Below are positions 56,908 through 64,000 of a DNA stretch of 64,000 nt, piece after piece. Origin of the DNA: a virus. Its lineage: Duplodnaviria > Caudoviricetes. The notes beneath the pieces are model-generated. The model was not told where the DNA came from, did not search any database, and was given only the letters and a program-made list of their open reading frames with translations. Each line of letters begins with the position of its first letter. The first letter of the stretch is position 1. Both the position numbers and the translations under genes were made by a program. The stretch lies in IMG/VR virus record IMGVR_UViG_3300033066_001283, positions 1 to 64,000 of that record; one strand, written 5' to 3'.

Positions 56908-56946
56908 AAAAAAGTAGAGGACGGTCCCTGGATAAAGAACCGTCCT
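56908..56946 (-). terminator. probable intrinsic terminator after groEL
   Basis: AGGACGGT(56918-56925)/ACCGTCCT(56939-56946) stem, then CTAC-TTTTTT on the minus strand. Confidence 0.6.
56912..56919 (-). promoter_or_regulatory. CTCTAYTT motif (candidate phage promoter)
   Basis: CTCTACTT 4 nt before ATG 56907. Confidence 0.4.
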
Positions 56947-56969
56947 GCTTGTAGGAGGAGTAGCGCAAG

Positions 56970-59570
56970 TTAATAATCGTATTGTGGTGGAGGCTTGGGT
57001 TTATCATCTGGTGCATCCACTATCAATGTTTCAGTCATTAGGAAGATTCCAGCGATAGATCCAGCATTCTCAAGTGCTGAGATTTCCACCATTGCAGGAT
57101 CAATAATTCCTGCTTTAAACATATCTACGTATACTTCGTTCTTAGCATCAAAGCCAGTTCCGTACTCTGATTTAGAAACAGTATCTACAACCACATCAGC
57201 GGCTACACCAGCATTGAAAGCAATAGTCTTCATTGGTACTGCTAATGCTCTTTTAACAATCTCAATTCCAGCCTTCTCATCATCACTAGAGTAAGGTAAA
57301 GCTGATAAGGCATCTCTAGCGGCTAAGAGAGTAACTCCACCACCAGGAACGACTCCACCTTCTAGAGCAACCTTAGTAGCATTAATTGAATCTTCATATC
57401 TATACTTCTTCTCAGTCATTTCAGCCTCAGTAAAAGCTCCAAGCTTAATTACTGCAACACCACTAGAGAGTTTAGCAATTCGCTCAACAACCTTCTCTTG
57501 ATCATACTTACTATCTAATACAGCTAGGGATTCTTTAAGAGAAGCAATATGAGCGTCAACTGTTTCCTTAGTTCCTGCGCCTTCAATAATAGTTGTATCA
57601 TCTTTAGTAACAATAACCTTCTTAGCTTGACCAAGTTTATCAGGAGTGACATTCTCCAACTTAGAGCCTAAATCTTCAGAGAAATAAGTACCATTGGTTA
57701 GAATACCAATATCCTTCATCATATTCTTTCTCTGCTCACCAAACCTAGGAGCTCTAATCGCACAAACATTTATTCGACCTTGGATATGATTAACAATTAG
57801 GGTAGAAAGTGCATCTCCTTCAATTTCATCAGCCATAATTAGAAGTGGTCGCTGTGAAGGTGCAATCTTTTCTAGAAGAGGAATAAGTTCTGCAGCTCTA
57901 CTAATCTTTCGCTCCCAAATAAGAATATAAGGATTCTCTAATACAGATTCCATCTTCTCCTGGTTAGAAACAAAGAACTGAGAGAGCCAACCTCGATCAA
58001 AATTAAAACCTTCAACCACATCTAATACAGTTTCAGTATTTTTAGTTACTTCGAAGGTAACAACACCATCAGCTCCAACCTTGATAAAGGCGTCACTAAC
58101 ATGCTTACCTACTTCTTCACTGTTGCCTGAAATAGTTGAAACAAACTTAACTTCATTCTCATCAGTAACACTAATTTTCTTAATCTTACCTTTGATAAAC
58201 TGCACGGTTGCAGAAATAGCATTATCAATACCCTTCTTCAACAGAACAGGGTTTCCACCATTAGATAAGTATCTATTTCCTTCATTAACTAATGCTTGGG
58301 CTAGAATAGTAGCTGTAGAAGTATTGTGAGTAAGAATATAATTATCTGTAAAGTACAGGTTATCAGGATTACTTACCTTAATACATTGCATTTCAGTATA
58401 CTGTCCAGTGGGTGTAATTGAATCTATACTTATACCATATTTATACCCCTTTAATTCAGAAATACAGTATATAGCAGTGTTAGAATATGACCCATTCTCT
58501 TTTCGTTCCTTCTTATACCAAGAGGTAGCTTTACCTAAGCTTCTAAAAAGTTCAAGTACATCTAAACATAATTGCTCACTAATAGTTGAGTAGCTATGTA
58601 AACCACGGGCATTATAATGCCCGTCAGTGTCCATCAACCCCTCAAAAAGACGTTTTCGAGACTCTAAATCTGAATACAGATATTCTTTAGGAATAAATTT
58701 GGTTCCACTTTTTGTTCCAAGTAAGCCTATCTCTCTAACAAGATCATGAGGACTTTTCCCGTCTGGTGTTTTACCTTGAATTTTAACTCTATAATAATTT
58801 TTATTCTCAACCAAAGTTGTCTTTAAATAAAGACCTTCAGGCAACACAATTTTGTCTATAATATAGGAATCGTTTCTACCTAAAGAAAGTTCAATTGATC
58901 CACTGCCACTAAGACTTCCATCACCAATGAGAGCTCCTACTAAATAAGGATCAAGAACAAAGCTTCTAGTATTAAAGTTTGGAACACTAGTTTCAACATA
59001 GTATTTATGTATTTTAAATCCCTTCAAATCAGTAAAAGATACTTTAAGATTCATAAGTTCTTTAGTGGGAAGAATCTTTAATTTCCCTCTACTTTTTGAT
59101 CTAACTGCCCACAAATGGTCCTCACAGCATTCAACCTCTCTTTTATCAGAGAATTTAACTTTATAAATCTCCTTGGAGCCTTTAGGAAAAATTCCTAAAA
59201 CTTTCTGAACTGTTCCATTTGTTCCACAAATTTCATCTCCAACCTGAAGATCTTCCATTTTTACAAATCCATTAGGAGTAAGAACTCTGCTATAAAGAGG
59301 CTGAGGCCCATCACCTGTAACATCATTTGTCTTTGACGCAACCTGTTTGCATAGCTGTGCACCTGAATCTTCTAGTGGGTCCTTAAGACTAATCTCACGA
59401 GCAATGGTAACTCCATCCTTAGTTACAATAGAATTCCACTGCTTCTTAATAACGACATTCCTACCACGAGGCCCAAGTGTAACCTTAACAGCATCAGCAA
59501 TCTTATTGATTCCTTTAACCATGGCTTCTCGAGCCTGCGCACCATAAATAATATCTTTTCCGTTACTCAT
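56970..59570 (-). CDS. groEL: chaperonin GroEL precursor with intein (predicted spliced length 538 aa)
   Basis: VTLGPRGRNV, TKDGVT.A, GDG|TSTAT, FDRGW.S, APRFGE.RK, ERIAKL..GVAVI, GVVPGGG, GIIDP. Confidence 0.97.
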   Translation of the reverse strand: MSNGKDIIYGAQAREAMVKGINKIADAVKVTLGPRGRNVVIKKQWNSIVTKDGVTIAREISLKDPLEDSGAQLCKQVASKTNDVTGDGPQPLYSRVLTPNGFVKMEDLQVGDEICGTNGTVQKVLGIFPKGSKEIYKVKFSDKREVECCEDHLWAVRSKSRGKLKILPTKELMNLKVSFTDLKGFKIHKYYVETSVPNFNTRSFVLDPYLVGALIGDGSLSGSGSIELSLGRNDSYIIDKIVLPEGLYLKTTLVENKNYYRVKIQGKTPDGKSPHDLVREIGLLGTKSGTKFIPKEYLYSDLESRKRLFEGLMDTDGHYNARGLHSYSTISEQLCLDVLELFRSLGKATSWYKKERKENGSYSNTAIYCISELKGYKYGISIDSITPTGQYTEMQCIKVSNPDNLYFTDNYILTHNTSTATILAQALVNEGNRYLSNGGNPVLLKKGIDNAISATVQFIKGKIKKISVTDENEVKFVSTISGNSEEVGKHVSDAFIKVGADGVVTFEVTKNTETVLDVVEGFNFDRGWLSQFFVSNQEKMESVLENPYILIWERKISRAAELIPLLEKIAPSQRPLLIMADEIEGDALSTLIVNHIQGRINVCAIRAPRFGEQRKNMMKDIGILTNGTYFSEDLGSKLENVTPDKLGQAKKVIVTKDDTTIIEGAGTKETVDAHIASLKESLAVLDSKYDQEKVVERIAKLSSGVAVIKLGAFTEAEMTEKKYRYEDSINATKVALEGGVVPGGGVTLLAARDALSALPYSSDDEKAGIEIVKRALAVPMKTIAFNAGVAADVVVDTVSKSEYGTGFDAKNEVYVDMFKAGIIDPAMVEISALENAGSIAGIFLMTETLIVDAPDDKPKPPPQYDY
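58323..59306 (-). mobile_element. class 3 intein (328 aa) with LAGLIDADG endonuclease inside GroEL
   Basis: starts PQPLYSRVLTPNG; block B DHLW, block F MQCIKV, block G ILTHN|T (W-C-T signature); GALIGDG and GLMDTDG motifs. Confidence 0.92.
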
Positions 59571-59595
59571 ATTTGTTTAGAATATATCTCCTAGC

Positions 59596-60078
59596 TTACA
59601 TTGTAGACTGGATATACACAGCAATAGCATCTGAGACTGCAAATTTCTTTTCTTTAGAGAATTTTAAGGTTTTCTCATTAAAATCAGGATACTTCTCAAT
59701 TACTATTTTCTGTAATTCATCCTTCTCAGCATTACGATCAGAAGTTAATCCCTTCTTTACTTCTTTAGCTGTAACGGTTCTAAAGGGAATATTGTAAGCT
59801 ACTGCTAATCCTATAACTAAACCTTTTACAAAAGCTAAGGCTTGATTAGCTCTTGAGCTTTTAGATCCTGCTGCGTGCTCAAAAACAATTTTAGTAGGAT
59901 TATATTTCAGGATTTGTTCTGCAAGTTCCTTACTGATAAACTCTAATCTGTCAGTATCAGAATCGGTAACTCTCTTGGAGGACTTGGAAGTTTTAATACA
60001 ACCACAAGCAATAATATTATTAGCTGAGAGAATAGCCCATCCAAAGGCTCTTAAACTAGGATCAAGTGTTAGTATCAT
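59596..60078 (-). CDS. ruvC: Holliday junction resolvase RuvC-like
   Basis: ILTLDPSL..FGWA, IVFE, EVKK......NAEK, SDAIAV. Confidence 0.88.
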   Translation of the reverse strand: MILTLDPSLRAFGWAILSANNIIACGCIKTSKSSKRVTDSDTDRLEFISKELAEQILKYNPTKIVFEHAAGSKSSRANQALAFVKGLVIGLAVAYNIPFRTVTAKEVKKGLTSDRNAEKDELQKIVIEKYPDFNEKTLKFSKEKKFAVSDAIAVYIQSTM

Positions 60079-61490
60079 AAGAAGGTAGACATACCTACAG
60101 GGACTGTAGATAAATCTTCATTCTGCCAATAATTACTTGGATCTTTCTTATACACTTTTCTTAGTGTGGATGAACTAGGAATCGGAAGATCAACATGCTT
60201 AGCACAAAAGATAATTAAATCTGGTACATTCTCAGGATAGTTATCTGATAGAGTCATTCCTGTAGCTGTGGCAGTCCAATAGGTCAAATACCAACTAGCA
60301 ATAGGTCTGTCTAATTTGTTATGCGTAATATTAAAGTCTAATTCTAATCCAGTAGAATGATCAGTGTACGATACAAATTGATTATTCAGTAGAATAGCAC
60401 CAAAGTCTCTAGTTCCTGTACTACTTTTGTAGAAAGAAGTATTATCAGGATTAGGCATCAAATATTCAGCAACTATTCCATAGCTAGAGACATTTCTAAC
60501 TTGGTATCCTGTAGAAGAAGCTGGAAAACTTATAATGGTGCTAGAAGCAGGCGCAGTCACTATTGCTCCTTGCCTAAGAGCAGAAGAGATATAACTTCTA
60601 GTCTTTCTCTTGGTTTGCCCTCCAAACCAGAAACATCTTTCAACTGCGGTTCCTAATGTACTATTAGTTTCACTAGGTTGTCTTGTTAATCCAGTTAGTA
60701 GAGCTTTCTCATCAACAGAATTCCATAGATTAATCCTATTAGCAGTACTTTTCTGATCATTCAAATACACTATTACACTAGATAAAGCTTTACCTGCAGC
60801 ACTAAGTCTAGATCTTATCTTTGTAGTAGTTGAAGAATTATATCCTAGTAATCCATCAGATCTTATATTATCGGGGTGAATAGGAAAGAAGTTATGCGTA
60901 TTAGGATGTAGAAACCAGGTTAAATACTTATTAAAGGTAGAGTACTTATTATACTGCCAACCACTACCCCTATCTTCTGTATCAGTTTCAATAAGATCCA
61001 AACCATAGATTAATACTGTTGATCCATCTTGTACAAATCTATATTCCCCAGACCAGAACAAATCAAATATACTTGAGGCTTTGGTTACTGATATTCTATT
61101 ACCATTAGAAAGTTCTATTTCAAGCTTATAAACACTTTTATCAAAGGTAACTAACCAAGCATACTCTGGATCAGATGTGTCAAAGTATAAAGCCCTACTC
61201 TTTAGAATAGATCTTAAGATAGGATTAAGAGATTCTTTCTCATTAACGAAGACTTCAAATAATCTTCTGAAAGTATTACCAGTTGTAGAAGCTGGTGAAG
61301 TCAATACCCATGAAGAGGGTAAAGTCGTAGTAGGAGTAGTATAAGAACCAGTAGCTGAGAAGGAAGAGAAAGAGGGTATAGAAACAGACTGGCTAAGAGC
61401 TAAGTAGCTATTAGAAGCAAACCATCTAGGAAGGTTTTCTAACGGTGTAGTCCAATCGTCTACTATTTTGTAGAAGTATCCACGCCACAT
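60075..61490 (-). CDS. putative baseplate wedge-like protein
   Basis: LPRWF, NSVDEKALL.GL.R.PSETN..L; directly downstream of baseplate J. Confidence 0.55.
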   Translation of the reverse strand: MWRGYFYKIVDDWTTPLENLPRWFASNSYLALSQSVSIPSFSSFSATGSYTTPTTTLPSSWVLTSPASTTGNTFRRLFEVFVNEKESLNPILRSILKSRALYFDTSDPEYAWLVTFDKSVYKLEIELSNGNRISVTKASSIFDLFWSGEYRFVQDGSTVLIYGLDLIETDTEDRGSGWQYNKYSTFNKYLTWFLHPNTHNFFPIHPDNIRSDGLLGYNSSTTTKIRSRLSAAGKALSSVIVYLNDQKSTANRINLWNSVDEKALLTGLTRQPSETNSTLGTAVERCFWFGGQTKRKTRSYISSALRQGAIVTAPASSTIISFPASSTGYQVRNVSSYGIVAEYLMPNPDNTSFYKSSTGTRDFGAILLNNQFVSYTDHSTGLELDFNITHNKLDRPIASWYLTYWTATATGMTLSDNYPENVPDLIIFCAKHVDLPIPSSSTLRKVYKKDPSNYWQNEDLSTVPVGMSTFL

Positions 61491-62600
61491 TTATTGTACA
61501 GCTAGGGCTCTAAGAACAAGTCTCTCCCCTATTGCTAGTTTCACTTGACCTTGATCAGAATAGGGTGTTCCATCTATTCCTACTTGAACCACTGCTGATG
61601 CCACATTAGGATCATAGTTTGCTATAGCAGAAATCTGTGAAAGATATAGTGTTCCTATTCCTGTTCCATTTTCAACAACTAGATTATCAATCTTAGAAGA
61701 TATCTGTGCTCTGATGGATTGCCTAATAGACTCCTTATCAGTAACACTAGGAATAAATCTAAGATCAACTCTAATATCCATCTGTCTATAGATTGGGCCT
61801 TTAGCAGTTGCAATTATTCCTACTGGTACATTTTCATCTAACATTGATTGGGCTGCTGAAACTAGAGTAGAAATTTCTGATGAATTATAGGGGACAATTA
61901 CTACATCGAATGTTCCTGCTCCCCTTCTATTATTCAGTAGATAGACATCACGTACACCAGGAATGGAGCGAAGCATTGAAACAACATTAGTCTGATTAAG
62001 AACATTCCTACGCTGAAGCTCATTCAAGATTCTATCTCTATAGGAATCATCACTTTCTTCAAGCTGCCCATTTATAATTGGCAGTATATTGGTAACAGTA
62101 ACAGCAGCATTAGCTAAAGAACTGGCGTTCAAATCCCCTATTCCTACATTGTAAATTGAACCAATATTAGCAGCAGTTACATGAACATCAGTGAAAGCAC
62201 CAGCATTAATATTAGCACCTTCAGTAGTAAAGTAAGCAATAGAAGGATCCGCAGTCTTAAATACACGTGTTCCTACCGGCACTACTAATGAGGCGTTACC
62301 ATTGTTAATAAATCTAACAGATCTGGAACCCCCATTAGTAGTTGAGGATTGAGCACTTTTTCTAGGAACACCAAAGAGAAGTCCAAAATTGTCTAAATAG
62401 GGACCTGAAGCAGTTGTTAAATTAGATTGGGTTTCTATATCAGCAACATACCCCCACAGAGAATCCATTTCCGCAGCTATGATTTTAAGGACTACACCAA
62501 TAATAGAACTATCTAAATCAGCAGTAAGAGGTGTTTCATTCCTAATACGTGTACTAATCCTTTTCAGAATTTCATCTTGTGAGGGTCTCGCTAGCGCCAT
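61491..62600 (-). CDS. baseplate J/gp47-like protein
   Basis: TASGPYLD.FG..FGV.RK, VPVGTRV, A...G..YN, ESDDSYR.RI, IPGV.DV, GAGTFDV. Confidence 0.88.
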   Translation of the reverse strand: MALARPSQDEILKRISTRIRNETPLTADLDSSIIGVVLKIIAAEMDSLWGYVADIETQSNLTTASGPYLDNFGLLFGVPRKSAQSSTTNGGSRSVRFINNGNASLVVPVGTRVFKTADPSIAYFTTEGANINAGAFTDVHVTAANIGSIYNVGIGDLNASSLANAAVTVTNILPIINGQLEESDDSYRDRILNELQRRNVLNQTNVVSMLRSIPGVRDVYLLNNRRGAGTFDVVIVPYNSSEISTLVSAAQSMLDENVPVGIIATAKGPIYRQMDIRVDLRFIPSVTDKESIRQSIRAQISSKIDNLVVENGTGIGTLYLSQISAIANYDPNVASAVVQVGIDGTPYSDQGQVKLAIGERLVLRALAVQ

Positions 62601-62604
62601 ATTA

Positions 62605-62892
62605 TCAAGTAGAGGAAAGTGCTTGAATACTAAATTTTATTTTCATAGGTTCAGTATCTTCAATCTCATACGCCTTTAAGTAGAAGTAACTTAAGCCTTT
62701 AATTCCTTCATATTCGATAGCGTAGTTCTTAGAAGGACTTAACCTGCCTAAATCGGCAATTGCTTCTTCATCAACTAAGAACTCAAATTGCTCTTTATCT
62801 TGTGTTAAGCATTTAGCATTGAATACTAATTTCCTTTCCAGTAAATCTTCTAGTCCTGGAAGACCAGTTACTAATGAAACATATACTTTCAT
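62605..62892 (-). CDS. hypothetical protein (start MKVY, coupled to the upstream stop)
   Basis: TAATG overlap at 62892. Confidence 0.5.
   Translation of the reverse strand: MKVYVSLVTGLPGLEDLLERKLVFNAKCLTQDKEQFEFLVDEEAIADLGRLSPSKNYAIEYEGIKGLSYFYLKAYEIEDTEPMKIKFSIQALSST
62607..62614 (-). promoter_or_regulatory. CTCTAYTT motif upstream of baseplate J (candidate phage promoter)
   Basis: CTCTACTT 6 nt before ATG 62600. Confidence 0.4.
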
Positions 62893-63998
62893 TAGCCAAA
62901 TGCTCCCTCTCCACAACAAGATTTATACTTTCCACCTGAGTCACAAGGGCACGGATCATTTCTTCCCGCAGCGGCATAAGATTTATAGTATCTAGAATCC
63001 TTAATTACATCAGGAGGACCTACTTCCCCTCTAGCCACTTTCTCAGCCATAGCCTTCCAAGCTAGTGGCCAAAGATGGAAATTCTTCTCAAGAGAATACT
63101 GTTCAATGATTAAATCTCGACCCTTCTGCTTCATTGATTCTAACTTATCAGGATTATCAATCAAGAACTGAATAGCCTGTGCCCAAGTTCTAGCACAACC
63201 TTTTCCATTACCAACAGTTATTACCTTTCCTGGATGTTTTCTAGCAAACCTAGCATAGGGTCCAACATGGCTTGCAACCATAGCGGCTCCAGCGGCTGCA
63301 CCTTCTTCTATCTTAAGGCCTGAATTATGCTGTACAAATCCACCACCTAACCACTGTTCACCATCAGGAACAGAGATATCAAACACTTCATTCCTGCTTC
63401 TTTCAATTAAAACAATTGGATCAACAAAAGTAATAGGAACATATGCATTAGAATGGGGTCGAGAAATAATTGTTTTCATTCTCTCATTTTTTCTCTTACT
63501 CACAAAGCCAATTTCTCTATGAAAAATATCAGTATTTGCACGATTTAGATAAACTATACTTGCTTCATGAACACCATCATTTTGACATTTAACTGCTCTT
63601 CTATCAAGCTTAGCTACTATTCCAAATCCCAATAGAATTTCATGGACATCTTGCATTAACTTATGACTACAACTGGATATAGAACAACCACAGTCTTTAG
63701 ATACTGTACCATCTCCTTCAAACATTCCCTTTAAGAAAGCTGCAATTACACTCTTCTTTGATCTCCAGATAACATCAGGAATAGATAGTGTTTCTTTAGC
63801 TAGCTTTTTATTAGACTCAATACCCAATGATTTAAGAAATTCAGCCACAGGCTTAGATTGGACCGAAACATAAAACATATATCGATTGGTCGGTTGGTTT
63901 ATAGTTGGCTCTAATCCAACCATTCTAAGAAGATACACTATTCTATCTTTTACATCTTCATCTTGGCCAGAAACACAGATACTAATCTGTCCATTTTT
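62892..63998 (-). CDS. GT4-like glycosyltransferase C-terminus with intein and SEC-C motif; partial, frame open to the window end
   Basis: C-extein SGLKIEE.AAAG..MVASHVGPY...W...I..LI....; terminal GRNDPCPCDSGGKYKSCCG. Confidence 0.8.
   Translation of the reverse strand, partial: KNGQISICVSGQDEDVKDRIVYLLRMVGLEPTINQPTNRYMFYVSVQSKPVAEFLKSLGIESNKKLAKETLSIPDVIWRSKKSVIAAFLKGMFEGDGTVSKDCGCSISSCSHKLMQDVHEILLGFGIVAKLDRRAVKCQNDGVHEASIVYLNRANTDIFHREIGFVSKRKNERMKTIISRPHSNAYVPITFVDPIVLIERSRNEVFDISVPDGEQWLGGGFVQHNSGLKIEEGAAAGAAMVASHVGPYARFARKHPGKVITVGNGKGCARTWAQAIQFLIDNPDKLESMKQKGRDLIIEQYSLEKNFHLWPLAWKAMAEKVARGEVGPPDVIKDSRYYKSYAAAGRNDPCPCDSGGKYKSCCGEGAFG
63324..63998 (-). mobile_element. intein C-terminal part with LAGLIDADG endonuclease (N-terminus outside the window)
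   Basis: IPDVIW, FLKGMFEGDG, F.REIGF.S.RK, block F VFDISV, block G GFVQHN|S. Confidence 0.9.
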
Positions 63999-64000
63999 CC

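Noticed and set aside
4763-59797. Short shadow ORFs antisense or out of frame to long genes (e.g. 4763, 6802, 8051, 8757, 12942, 13416, 21078, 27081, 27280, 32424, 35135, 56995, 58081, 59347, 59573)
   Set aside because: They lie within well-supported genes and show no motifs or translation signals.
1-64000. Stop-codon reassignment, as in some large phages
   Set aside because: Conserved genes are full length in code 11, and both TAG and TGA end genes at expected positions (e.g. RNR TAG at 108).
1-64000. CRISPR array, tRNA genes, diversity-generating retroelement
   Set aside because: No regularly spaced repeats, cloverleafs or reverse transcriptase seen by eye; differences between the duplicated gene ends are not adenine-specific.

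Overview
AT-rich, gene-dense 64 kb segment of a large (jumbo-like) contractile-tailed bacteriophage, read in the standard genetic code. Contents in order: the 3' end of a class II ribonucleotide reductase; a UvrD-like helicase; small hypotheticals; RmlD; a sigma-like factor; a Ycf45/SpoIIIAA-type ATPase; a structured divergent intergenic region; a duplicated 'adaptor + carbohydrate esterase' module; a CHAP-type peptidoglycan hydrolase; a PD-(D/E)XK nuclease; a ~13 kb glycan biosynthesis cluster downstream of a RemA-like regulator; a two-domain GroES; a second sigma-like factor; ~23 kb of putative baseplate/tail/receptor-binding genes; GroEL with a class 3 intein in its GDGTTT motif; RuvC; baseplate J; and an intein-containing GT4 glycosyltransferase with a SEC-C motif. 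The most striking signal is two free-standing GIY-YIG homing endonuclease genes. Each sits inside a host gene and is accompanied by a diverged, largely synonymously different duplicate of the displaced gene end (N-terminus of the lysin, C-terminus of a glycosyltransferase), so both host genes stay intact without splicing. A recurring CTCTAYTT motif 4-8 nt upstream of six SD-less start codons is a candidate phage promoter for near-leaderless mRNAs. All calls come from motif recognition by eye; no database searches were run.
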